Of a stretch of DNA of 64,000 nucleotides, positions 39,475 through 48,668 are shown one piece after another. The notes beneath the pieces were generated by a model, which saw nothing but the letters and a program-made list of their open reading frames with translations, did no database searches and was not told the origin of the DNA. This stretch comes from Alistipes sp. (GTDB taxonomy: Bacteria; Bacteroidota; Bacteroidia; Bacteroidales; Rikenellaceae): NCBI GenBank assembly GCA_017555905.1, contig JAFZFP010000012.1, positions 29,698 through 93,697 on the forward strand. The letters are read 5' to 3'. A program made the translations under genes and the position numbers. The number at the start of each line of letters is the position of its first letter. The first letter of the stretch is position 1.

Positions 39475-40296
39475 CTATTTTATAATCTCGACCTCAAAGA
39501 GTCTATTCCAATCCTTTCCTGTGACGTAGAAATGCCCCGTTTCAGGGTTGTAGGCCACACCATTAAAGGCCTCGGCCTCGGGGTTATCCTCAAGTCTCTC
39601 GCGCAACAATGGCATATCGACATAGCCCAAGACCTCACCCGTCTTAGGGTCAATCTCCACGACGGCATCCGTAAGATATACATTCGCCCAGATGCTACCA
39701 TCCACCCACTCCAACTCGTTAATCAAGTCGAGAGGCTGACCATCGAGCGTAACACATATCGAGGCCTCGGTAGCAAAGGTTTCGGGATTTACACGACGTA
39801 TCGTCGAGGTGCCATCCGAGAGGTAGAGGTTCTCACCATCGGTGGTTATACCCCAGCCCTCACCTCGGTATGATATGCTCTTAAGGTGGCGACCCTTGCT
39901 ATCGTAGACGTGTGCCTTGTTCGAGAGCCAAGTAAGTTGGTAGATGCGGTCGCCAAAATGGGTTATACCCTCACCGAACTCATCTATGGGGAGCGATGCC
40001 ACGACATCGACCTTACCCGTAGAGAGGTCTATGCGCTGTAGGTGGGACTTGCCCTCTCGGCCCGTACCCTCCCACATTACGCCATCCTTATACTCAAGAC
40101 CCTGGGTGTAACTGCTCGTTGAGTGTGGATACTCCGCCACCACACGGTAGTCGTACAACTCTGCAAAGCGGACCTCTTTCTTGGACTTCTCCGCAACACC
40201 CTCATTATCGCTACTTTTTGCCTTCGTTCCTCCGCACGACACCATAAGTGCCGACCAGACCACCACGGGCAATATTATCTGCTTAAATATATTCAT
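39475..40296 (-). CDS. Glutaminyl-peptide cyclotransferase (type II, beta-propeller), lipoprotein
   Basis: YPH....YTQGL, EGTG, FGEG, QLTW, EGWG, NELE, NGVAY, TGK.W; lipobox MVS-C. Confidence 0.92.
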   Translation of the reverse strand: MNIFKQIILPVVVWSALMVSCGGTKAKSSDNEGVAEKSKKEVRFAELYDYRVVAEYPHSTSSYTQGLEYKDGVMWEGTGREGKSHLQRIDLSTGKVDVVASLPIDEFGEGITHFGDRIYQLTWLSNKAHVYDSKGRHLKSISYRGEGWGITTDGENLYLSDGTSTIRRVNPETFATEASICVTLDGQPLDLINELEWVDGSIWANVYLTDAVVEIDPKTGEVLGYVDMPLLRERLEDNPEAEAFNGVAYNPETGHFYVTGKDWNRLFEVEIIK

Positions 40297-40380
40297 ACCT
40301 CTTTATATATAAATAGACTTGCAAATATAACCTTTTTTCAAGGATTTTTACTATCTTTGGCTTAAAATTAATTAGACTCT

Positions 40381-41115
40381 ATGATTTACTACATAAACGA
40401 GACCTCTTCGACGAATGATTTGGCTCGCGAGCCTCGCTTTGAGGAGTTCGATATTATATGGGCTGAACACCAGAGCGCTGGACGCGGACAGCGTGGCCAC
40501 TCGTGGCATAGCACCGAGGGTAAAAACATCACCTTCTCGGTGGTGCTGAAGCCTACGTTCCTCCCCATAATCGAGCAGTTCTTGCTCTCCGAAGTGGTTG
40601 CTTTGGCATTGGTCGATACGATGCAGGAGTATGGCATCGAGTGTCGCATCAAGTGGACAAACGACATCTATGCCGGAGACAAGAAACTTGTCGGCGTGCT
40701 TATTGAACACTCGCTTTCGACAGATCAAATTGCTCGCACTATCGTAGGCATAGGACTAAATATCAACCAATTGGACTTTCCTAAGGATCTGCCAAACCCA
40801 ACCTCTATGGCCCTTGAGCGCAGTACCACTTTCGACCGTAAGGAGGTACTCATCCGCTTCTCCGAAAGGCTCCAACAACTATACGCCACATTGCGTCAAG
40901 GTGGCAAAGAGAGCATCGAGGAGCGCTACCGCAAAACTATGTACCACCTCGACGAACCACACACCTACGCCTACCCATCGGGCGAGGAGTTCTGCGCCAC
41001 CATCCGCGGTGTGCGCCCCTCAGGCGAATTACTCTTAGAGCACACCGACGGCACGATTAAAGAGTATGCCTTCAAGGAGGTGGAGTTCGTGCTACCACAC
41101 AAGACAAAACGATAG
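40381..41115 (+). CDS. birA: Biotin--protein ligase (no N-terminal HTH)
   Basis: STN, Q.AGRGQRG..W, IKWTND, KL.GVLIE, GIGLN; TATCTTTG at 40352-40359. Confidence 0.93.
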   Translation: MIYYINETSSTNDLAREPRFEEFDIIWAEHQSAGRGQRGHSWHSTEGKNITFSVVLKPTFLPIIEQFLLSEVVALALVDTMQEYGIECRIKWTNDIYAGDKKLVGVLIEHSLSTDQIARTIVGIGLNINQLDFPKDLPNPTSMALERSTTFDRKEVLIRFSERLQQLYATLRQGGKESIEERYRKTMYHLDEPHTYAYPSGEEFCATIRGVRPSGELLLEHTDGTIKEYAFKEVEFVLPHKTKR

Positions 41116-41314
41116 AAGAAATTTACACTGTGGAGAATGGATATATCCTCTCTGAGGAGGAGGGGCGAGTGTTACAACGGGGGAAATTGTAAAAAAATCG
41201 ATAAAAATTTTCGTGAACGACAAAAAAAATATATATTTGTGGTTGCGAAAGTGTTGTAAGCACCTTGGCACGTTTATTTGACAATACTAAAAACAACTTA
41301 ATACAACTTGAATT

Positions 41315-41695
41315 ATGGCTAATGTACCTGCTAATTTGAAGTACTCTAACGACCACGAGTGGTGCCGTGTAGAGGGTGATGTTGCCGTTATCGGCATTAC
41401 CGATTATGCTCAGTCACAGCTTGGTGACATCGTTTTCGTTGATGTTCCTACCGTTGGTGAGACTATCGAGGCTAACGAGGTTTTCGGCTCTATCGAGGCT
41501 GTTAAGACCGTTTCTGACGCTTTCTCTCCAGTAAGCGGCGAGGTTATCGAGTTCAACGAGGCTGTTGAGGGCGACTCTTCACTCGTAAACAAGGATCCAT
41601 ACGGTGAGGGTTGGTTGATCAAGATCAAGATGTCGAACCCTGCTGAGGTTGAGGGCTTGTTGGATGCTGCTGCATACGAGGCTCTTATCGGCTAA
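41315..41695 (+). CDS. gcvH: Glycine cleavage system H protein
   Basis: HEW, GITDYAQ.QLGD, lipoyl Lys in EAVKT, N.DPYG.GW; TATATTTG at 41232-41239. Confidence 0.96.
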   Translation: MANVPANLKYSNDHEWCRVEGDVAVIGITDYAQSQLGDIVFVDVPTVGETIEANEVFGSIEAVKTVSDAFSPVSGEVIEFNEAVEGDSSLVNKDPYGEGWLIKIKMSNPAEVEGLLDAAAYEALIG

Positions 41696-41738
41696 TCGTT
41701 TCGGGTTGCAAGATAGTTAATATAACTAACTGACTACT

Positions 41739-41773
41739 AAGGGTGTGTTCTTACTGGACACACCCTTTTTTTT
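41739..41773 (+). terminator. gcvH terminator
   Basis: Stem aagggtgtgttc/ggacacaccctt plus T run. Confidence 0.8.
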
Positions 41774-41825
41774 GCTATCACGCCACCTTCTTCTTGCTTC
41801 CACCGCCTCTCTCTCCAGCCTAATA

Positions 41826-41882
41826 AAGTCGTATAATAGGTGCTAATTTTAGGCGCACGAAGTTCGAAAAAGCGCAGTTTAC
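41826..41882. repeat. 5' half-copy of the ERIC/RPE-like element
   Basis: gctaattttaggcgcacgaagttcgaaaaagcgcagtttac nearly identical to 41984-42024. Confidence 0.8.
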
Positions 41883-41975
41883 ACACACCAGCCACCCACA
41901 CTTTGTTGTTAGAATAGTGCAGATACAACGCTCGGCGAATTTCGAGGCGATGGAACTTTACCATTAGAAGTTGTA

Positions 41976-42078
41976 TAACAAGAGCTAATTTTAGGCGCAC
42001 GAAGTTCGAAAAAGCGGAGTTTACTGAAATGTAAATGAGCATTTTGAGAACGAGTGCAACGCCAAAGTAGCCTTGTTA
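41976..42078. repeat. Full-length ERIC/RPE-like palindromic element (~103 bp, MITE-like)
   Basis: TA ends, imperfect terminal inverted repeats taacaagagcta/tagccttgtta, AGGCG...AACGC, central GAG-TTTAC-loop-GTAAA-TGA. Confidence 0.8.
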
Positions 42079-42132
42079 GACGGCTTCGTTAGCGGAAGTA
42101 GATGCGCTGTTATAACAACAAAGTAACTTTTT

Positions 42133-42164
42133 TTTGTATTTTTGCTAAAAATATAGTACTTTTG
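42133..42164 (+). promoter_or_regulatory. Primary-sigma promoter
   Basis: TTTG 42133-42136, 20-nt spacer, TACTTTTG 42157-42164. Confidence 0.7.
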
Positions 42165-42281
42165 TATTGGTGAAAATAGTGTTAAAGGGAAATGGTAATC
42201 TGAAAGATTAAAACTTGTTGAAAGTTTAGCACTATAAGTAATTGATAGATACAAATTTACAACTTAATATTTATTGAACCT

Positions 42282-44606
42282 ATGAAAAAATTTAACTTGC
42301 TATCGACTATTTTGATGGTCTTTGCACTATTGGTTGCTGGCTGTACTAAGGAGCCTCAAACTGACCCTAACAATGGCGGCAACAATGGTGGTGACAATGG
42401 TGGCACCCAGAATCCTGTGGAGTTGTCGTTTGTAGCATCTATCTTGGATACTACTAAGACAACTGCTACATACACCATTACCCCATCAGATCTTGAGGCT
42501 AACTACCTCGTATTCGTTTACAACGCTAAGGCTGTCGAGCAGTGCGAGACAGACCAGCAGATTGTAGAGACTCTCTACGCAGAGGTTAAGGCATACGCAG
42601 AGGCTAACGACACTACCCTCACAGCATACCTCAGCGAGAAGGTGAAGAAGGGAGCGTTGGAGAACGAAGTAATTAGCAACCTCGCACTCAACACCAACTA
42701 CTACCTCTTGATCTTTGGTGTTGATACAGAGAAGGATATGGCTGCGACAACAGACATCACAAAGGTACGTTTTAAGACTAAGGATGCTACACAGACCGCT
42801 TGTACATTCGAGATTACACCTGACGTATATCTCAACACTGCCTCTTTGGCTATCACCCCATCTATCAAGACTCAGATGTGGCACCTTATCAACGTATCTG
42901 TTGAGGAGTACCAGACATACACTAAGGCAGATGGTGAGTACGGCTGGTCACAGCAGGAGTTCTTCCAGAACTACCTCAACACCGAGATCGCTACTCTCAA
43001 GGAGCAGAACTACACAGAGACAGATATTAAGAACCGTCTCTTCCACACCGATGCAAACACCCTCCACGTGGCTAACCTCACACCAAAGTCTAAGTACACA
43101 GCCTTGGTTGCAGGTGTAGACTATAGCGCAGATGGTGCTTACATCACTACTTTGATTAGCGAGAAGCGTTACAACGCTGGCGAGGAGTCTCCATCAGACC
43201 TCTCATTCGACATCGAGGTATTCAACATCGAGCATTACTCTGCTGAGGTGCGCATCACCCCTTCAGATCCTAATGCCGAGTACTACTACCATATCGGCTA
43301 TATCAATAGCAGCAAGAAGAATGCTAAGCCTTACGACATCGCTTCGGCAGCTGTAACCGAGAGCATCTACTACTGGGAGAACTACACCGAGCTTAAGCAC
43401 CGCGACCCTGTGACTGGCGTTGTAGACCTCACTGGCGACAACAAGTTGGAACTCAACATCGCTGAGACAGAGTACTATATCGTAGCCTTCAGCTTCGAGT
43501 TGAACCCTAACTATGGTCAGGTTATCAACGAGGAGACTGGCGAAATCGACTACAACCCAGGTACTATCACATCGGCTCCTACCTACGTATCGTTTATGAC
43601 CCCTGAACACGGCAACCCTATGGATGCTGAGTTCGAGTTCTCTGCTACCGACGTAGGTCCATACGACTTCTACTTCGAGGTAACTGCTAAGGATCCAACC
43701 ATCTACTACCAGCCAGGTATCGCTATGGCCGAGGGCTTCGACCCACAGGTTGCTATCAGCCAGTCAAGTTCTTTGCTTGCTCAGTTGAAGGAGATGTGTA
43801 TGACAGGCCAGAGCCCTTGCCTCACCTTCCACGAGGCCTTGGAGGAGAAGCTCCAGTCATACTACCGCAATGGTAGTGGCCGCTACTACGTTGCCAACCT
43901 CAACCCTGAGTGCAACTACATCGGCTACGTCTTGGCTATCGATGTTAAGACTGGTACTTTCGCTCGTTGTATCTATAGCGACATTATCGCTACTACAACC
44001 TCTGTAGGTAATGTAAACCCAAGCCTCGAGTTGCTCGGCGTCTACAATGGTAACGAGGAGGATGGCACTATCTTTGGCGATGCTTCACTCACCGCAAACC
44101 GCCCTATCATCGCTGTTAGATTCAACGACATCGAGAACGCTTCAGCCCTCTACTGCGCACTCTCTACCGACGCTTACAGCGACGTTGAAGGACTTGCTGA
44201 CCGCTATATCATCTCTGAGTTCCGTGGCTACTGGCAGGGTGTTACAAGCCTCGAGGTACCTTACCACTTCTTGGTTGGTGATTGGGACGTAGATCAGACC
44301 GTAGTTGGTTACGCTCAGGATGCTAATGGCAACGAGGGTGCTGTAGCACGCTTGGGTGTTAAGCCTTCTGAATACGACGATATCGAGGAACTTCGTGGCT
44401 ACGTAGAGGCTGTGAACTCTACTGTAACTCAGTCACTTGCTAAGTCATTGGTTATCGCTGAGCAGACTGCTCCAACTATGGAGTGCATCTGGAGCGAGGA
44501 GGTGGGCGCACCACGTGCAGCAGAGGTTATCTTCCACGCTGCTGAACCTTTGACTACCCAGAACGACGTTATGAACATCGGCTTCGTTAAGCAGTTCCAT
44601 ATCTAA
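42282..44606 (+). CDS. Surface lipoprotein with tandem FN3-like repeats
   Basis: Lipobox VAG-C, NNGG linker, repeated F.....A...ITPSD...Y and NL.P...Y.....F.T units. Confidence 0.78.
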   Translation: MKKFNLLSTILMVFALLVAGCTKEPQTDPNNGGNNGGDNGGTQNPVELSFVASILDTTKTTATYTITPSDLEANYLVFVYNAKAVEQCETDQQIVETLYAEVKAYAEANDTTLTAYLSEKVKKGALENEVISNLALNTNYYLLIFGVDTEKDMAATTDITKVRFKTKDATQTACTFEITPDVYLNTASLAITPSIKTQMWHLINVSVEEYQTYTKADGEYGWSQQEFFQNYLNTEIATLKEQNYTETDIKNRLFHTDANTLHVANLTPKSKYTALVAGVDYSADGAYITTLISEKRYNAGEESPSDLSFDIEVFNIEHYSAEVRITPSDPNAEYYYHIGYINSSKKNAKPYDIASAAVTESIYYWENYTELKHRDPVTGVVDLTGDNKLELNIAETEYYIVAFSFELNPNYGQVINEETGEIDYNPGTITSAPTYVSFMTPEHGNPMDAEFEFSATDVGPYDFYFEVTAKDPTIYYQPGIAMAEGFDPQVAISQSSSLLAQLKEMCMTGQSPCLTFHEALEEKLQSYYRNGSGRYYVANLNPECNYIGYVLAIDVKTGTFARCIYSDIIATTTSVGNVNPSLELLGVYNGNEEDGTIFGDASLTANRPIIAVRFNDIENASALYCALSTDAYSDVEGLADRYIISEFRGYWQGVTSLEVPYHFLVGDWDVDQTVVGYAQDANGNEGAVARLGVKPSEYDDIEELRGYVEAVNSTVTQSLAKSLVIAEQTAPTMECIWSEEVGAPRAAEVIFHAAEPLTTQNDVMNIGFVKQFHI

Positions 44607-44623
44607 TAGATATTCCGACGTAC

Positions 44624-44660
44624 TGAGGGGTTGCCCAGCAAAAGGCTGGACAGCCCCTCA
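44624..44660 (+). terminator. Terminator-like hairpin
   Basis: tgaggggttgcccagc/gctggacagcccctca. Confidence 0.65.
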
Positions 44661-44669
44661 TATTTTAAT

Positions 44670-46760
44670 ATGAAGGCTATGAGAATTTACCATCTACTAT
44701 CTCTAACACTCGTGCTTGGTCTCTTTGGCCTTGGCGAGTGCTTGGCACAACCCAATAGCATCACCCCAGCACCCAATATCGAGGTGTGGGGACAAGAGTA
44801 TTTCGATGCCTCACAGAGACTCTCCCTCACCTTTACGGGTGTGGAGGGCGACGACCTTATATACCTTAGACGTGCCACCGAGGAGTTGGGCCTATCGCTC
44901 AAGGAGGCTAAACGCCCAGCAAAGAGTAACTACCTCGCGCTCAGCATCGTACCTCTCGAAGATATTGCCGAGGCCTCGACATTTGAGAGTTTCAACGAGG
45001 GTTACCTATTGGATATCACCCCACGCGGCATAGCCATCAAGGCCACAACGCCACAGGGCCTCTACTACGGTCTGCAAAGTCTCAAGGCCTTGAGCCTCAA
45101 CTCCAAACAACTCACCACCGGTCATATATGCGATGCTCCACGCTTCGAGTACCGCGGTATCCTCATCGATATTTCGCGACACTTCCGTACTAAGGAGTTC
45201 CTTATGCGCCAGATGGATATTATGGCCGAGTTGAAGATGAACCGCCTCCACCTCCACCTCACCGATGCTGCAGGATGGCGCATCGAGGTTGAGAGTTACC
45301 CCCGCCTCACATCGTTTGCAGCGTGGCGTATGCCCGACACCTGGAAGGAGTGGTGGTACGGAGAGCGAGGACATGTCGAGATGGGTACACCAGGGGCCTA
45401 CGGCGGCTACCTCACCAAGGAGGAGGCTCGCGAGTTGGTGGCATACGCCGAGGAGCACTACATCACCATTATCCCCGAGATAGAGATGCCTGGCCACTCC
45501 GACGAGGTCATCGTGGCATACCCTGAGTTAGGCTGTAGCCACAAGCCCAAGAATCAGGGCGACCTCTGCATCGGCAAGGAGGCAACCTTCGAGATGATGC
45601 AAAGTATCCTCGACGAGATTATCGAGATATTCCCCTCGGAGTATATACATATCGGCGGTGACGAGGCGGGCAAGAATACGTGGCCTGAGTGTGAGGATTG
45701 CCGACGTCGTATGGCTGAGGAGGGACTCGAAAGTGTCGATGAATTGCAGAGTTATATGATTGAGCGCATCGAGAGGTATCTCAACGCCCGTGGTCGCCAG
45801 ATTATCGGCTGGGACGAGATTCTTGAGGGAGGCCTCGCACCCAACGCTACGGTAATGTCGTGGCGCGGTGAGGAGGGTGGCTTGGCGGCTGCTGCAGCGG
45901 GCCACAAGGTCGTTATGTCGCCCCACGCCTACTGCTATATCGATGCCCCACAGGATGCACCCTACTCTCAGCCCGAGAGCATCGGTGGCTACCTCCCCTT
46001 GGAGAAGGTCTACTCCTACGACCCTGCCCCCGAGGGTATGGATAAGAGTGTGAGCGACTACATTTTGGGCGTTCAAGCCAACCTATGGGCCGAGTTCATC
46101 GTCACCGACGACCACTACGAGACTATGCTTTGGCCTCGCGCTATGGCCATTGCTGAGATAGGCTGGAGCAATGCCGAGAGGAGACTCTTCGCCGACTTCC
46201 GCCTGCGTGCCGTAAAGATTGTGGATAGGATGCTCGAACGTGGCTACAAACCATTCGACCTAAAGAATGAGATAGGCAACCGTCCCGAATCATTGGAGCC
46301 AGTGGAGCATATCGCCTTGGGTAAGAGCGTGACCTACCTCTACCCATCCTTCTACTACGGCCCTAAGTATGCCGCAGCAGGAGATGCTACACTCACGGAT
46401 GGTCTGCGTGGTACGTGGACCTATGCCGATGGTCGTTGGCAGGGTTTCTTGGGTCGTGGAGGTGTCGATGTGGTTATAGATATGGGCGAGGTGACACACA
46501 TAGAGAGCATCGCTGCCGACTTTATGCAGATATGTGGCCCTGGAGTCTTTATGCCTTGCTTGGTGGAGATATTCATCTCCGAGGATGGCCAGGAGTATTC
46601 AAAGATTGCCGACATAGAACACGAAGTGGTCATCGACGAGTTGCCCTCGTTCAAGAGTTTCGGTTGGCAGGGCAGTGCCGAGGCACGCTACATTCGCTAC
46701 AAGGCTCATCGTAGCAAGTACACAGGTTTCCTCTTCGTAGACGAGATTGTCGTGCGATAG
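44670..46760 (+). CDS. GH20 beta-N-acetylhexosaminidase with C-terminal beta-sandwich (F5/8-like) domain
   Basis: D.PRF.YRG..ID.SRHF, HLHLTD..GWR, IPEIEMPGH, HIGGDE catalytic motif, GVQANLWAE. Confidence 0.93.
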   Translation: MKAMRIYHLLSLTLVLGLFGLGECLAQPNSITPAPNIEVWGQEYFDASQRLSLTFTGVEGDDLIYLRRATEELGLSLKEAKRPAKSNYLALSIVPLEDIAEASTFESFNEGYLLDITPRGIAIKATTPQGLYYGLQSLKALSLNSKQLTTGHICDAPRFEYRGILIDISRHFRTKEFLMRQMDIMAELKMNRLHLHLTDAAGWRIEVESYPRLTSFAAWRMPDTWKEWWYGERGHVEMGTPGAYGGYLTKEEARELVAYAEEHYITIIPEIEMPGHSDEVIVAYPELGCSHKPKNQGDLCIGKEATFEMMQSILDEIIEIFPSEYIHIGGDEAGKNTWPECEDCRRRMAEEGLESVDELQSYMIERIERYLNARGRQIIGWDEILEGGLAPNATVMSWRGEEGGLAAAAAGHKVVMSPHAYCYIDAPQDAPYSQPESIGGYLPLEKVYSYDPAPEGMDKSVSDYILGVQANLWAEFIVTDDHYETMLWPRAMAIAEIGWSNAERRLFADFRLRAVKIVDRMLERGYKPFDLKNEIGNRPESLEPVEHIALGKSVTYLYPSFYYGPKYAAAGDATLTDGLRGTWTYADGRWQGFLGRGGVDVVIDMGEVTHIESIAADFMQICGPGVFMPCLVEIFISEDGQEYSKIADIEHEVVIDELPSFKSFGWQGSAEARYIRYKAHRSKYTGFLFVDEIVVR

Positions 46761-46792
46761 GACGCTACATATATATTATAGATATAATGAAG

Positions 46793-46821
46793 AGGGCGTG
46801 TCCAGATGTTGGACACGCCCT
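46793..46821. terminator. Bidirectional terminator-like hairpin between convergent genes
   Basis: Perfect 12-bp stem agggcgtgtcca/tggacacgccct. Confidence 0.75.
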
Positions 46822-46841
46822 ATCTCTTTCTATGACGACAA

Positions 46842-48533
46842 CTATCTTAGAGGCTTAACAAAGAGCAACTGCGTCTTTGGCTCGGCTTCAAGTTTGGCGA
46901 TGAGTTCATCAGCAGGTCTGATGTCATCTACGCTCCACTCGATAAGTTCCGATGTCCACATAGGGGCGAGGTTACCCTTATAGTCGAATATGGTGGCGCA
47001 GACGTAGTATGGACCTTCGTAATAGATTCGGTCGGTGACGAAGAGTTCAGGACAAGTACCTATGAGCAGGTCGAACAAGATAACATCCTCGCCATAGTAG
47101 TCGTAGTCCATCTTTGCCACGAAGTCAGCAAAGATATCCTCGGTAGGCTCGCTGGTCTCCACCTCGATAGATGCCACAAAGAAGGCATCGTCGCTAACAT
47201 AGGGGTAGGTATAGTACTTAAATCGCTCAGGGTCGTAGTTGTAGAGGTCCGATGGACGGTAAGGACCACACACCTTAACATCGGTAATATCGACCTCACA
47301 AGGGCCCTCAGGCTGGGTAATAAAGACCTTAGTATATATATCTGTGGTTATAACACCGCCACTATAGCCAAAGGCTACCACTACATACTCCTTCTTTGGA
47401 TAGAGGGTATTGAGGTGCGCAGTGATCTCACCCTTGAAGAACTGCGTGCTGAGCGAAGTAACGGGGTCGTAGAGCGCCATATCAATGAGGTCGTCCTCAT
47501 TGTATTTTGCTGGAAGATACTCCGTAGGGGTGATGAGTAGGGCATATAGTTCATTATCATTCGTAGGGGTGACCCTCAAGTCGGCAACACGCACATAGCA
47601 GTTCGTAATCTCAATATCGATAGACATCTCCGACTGCTCGACCTCCTCGGTAGAGAAGTTGATGTAGGATGGCTCAGAAACTACCTGCACATAGCCATCA
47701 TACTCGTCGATAGCAAATACCAAGAACGAGTAGAGCGTATAAGATGAGAGTTCAAGGTCTATGGTCTTATCGCCCTTGAAGGCTATCTCCTCCAAAATCA
47801 TATCGGTAGTATAACCATAACTTAGGTTGGCGCTATACGTATCAATCCACTCGTCGGCAAGCGAAGCGAGGTACTCCTCGTCGAAGGATGTGCGATCACC
47901 AACATAGAGGTCGCTATTGCCATCCACACACTTCACCAAGTAGTAGCCATCCCAATCCTCGGGCTTTACGCTAAGTTCAACCTCCGCGCCATCAACCTTG
48001 ACATCGAGGTCGAACGATATATCTCTCAAGGGGGCGTACTCCGACTCAAGCACCTTCCACACTACCTCCGTCACAGGCTCGTAGTGAGAGCCATCCTCGT
48101 TGAACTCCACACCATAGACATATAGCACCATCTGGCGACCTGGCAACATACTATTCCACTGCACACGCTTAGTGTCGTTGAACAAGATATTTGCCGAGAG
48201 CATATACTCCTTTAGCGACACATTCTCATAGAGGGCATTGGCCTCAAAGGCCTCGAAATCATCTGCCCACAACTCCTCGGCAGTGTCGATACCAGCACCC
48301 TGGAAGTAGGCAACCTCCTCCAAGTACATAATATATAGCATCTCGCCATCCTTGGGCGTAACCTCCGTCGTGGCTGTCGAGGCGTGAATCCCCTCCACAG
48401 AGATTGTGAAGGGGGCCTCTTCGGCAGGTCCATCGGGGCGAATAACCTCTGGATCATCGGGACCCACACACGCCACAAACATAGTAGCGACGAGCATTAC
48501 CGCCATAGAAAAAATTGTAGTAACTCTTCTCAT
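46842..48533 (-). CDS. Surface lipoprotein with FN3-like repeats, distant paralog of 42282-44606 (start placed at MRRVTT)
   Basis: Lipobox FVA-C; repeats such as SIDIEI.N....A.LRVTPT and L.P.KEY.VVAFG; TATATTTG at 48569-48562. Confidence 0.75.
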   Translation of the reverse strand: MRRVTTIFSMAVMLVATMFVACVGPDDPEVIRPDGPAEEAPFTISVEGIHASTATTEVTPKDGEMLYIMYLEEVAYFQGAGIDTAEELWADDFEAFEANALYENVSLKEYMLSANILFNDTKRVQWNSMLPGRQMVLYVYGVEFNEDGSHYEPVTEVVWKVLESEYAPLRDISFDLDVKVDGAEVELSVKPEDWDGYYLVKCVDGNSDLYVGDRTSFDEEYLASLADEWIDTYSANLSYGYTTDMILEEIAFKGDKTIDLELSSYTLYSFLVFAIDEYDGYVQVVSEPSYINFSTEEVEQSEMSIDIEITNCYVRVADLRVTPTNDNELYALLITPTEYLPAKYNEDDLIDMALYDPVTSLSTQFFKGEITAHLNTLYPKKEYVVVAFGYSGGVITTDIYTKVFITQPEGPCEVDITDVKVCGPYRPSDLYNYDPERFKYYTYPYVSDDAFFVASIEVETSEPTEDIFADFVAKMDYDYYGEDVILFDLLIGTCPELFVTDRIYYEGPYYVCATIFDYKGNLAPMWTSELIEWSVDDIRPADELIAKLEAEPKTQLLFVKPLR

Positions 48534-48603
48534 ATACTTAACTTTTTTGTTTTGCTTTTTGCAAATATAGCCATTTCTTCGCTCTATTGCAACACTACGG
48601 CGC

Positions 48604-48650
48604 AAAAAAAAGATGGGCCTACCTAACAAGTTAGGCAGGTCCACCATTTT
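48604..48650 (-). terminator. Terminator of the S9 peptidase gene
   Basis: Hairpin gggcctaccta/taggcaggtcc with a T run on the minus strand. Confidence 0.65.
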
Positions 48651-48668
48651 TGGAGGGTTGTAAGGGTA

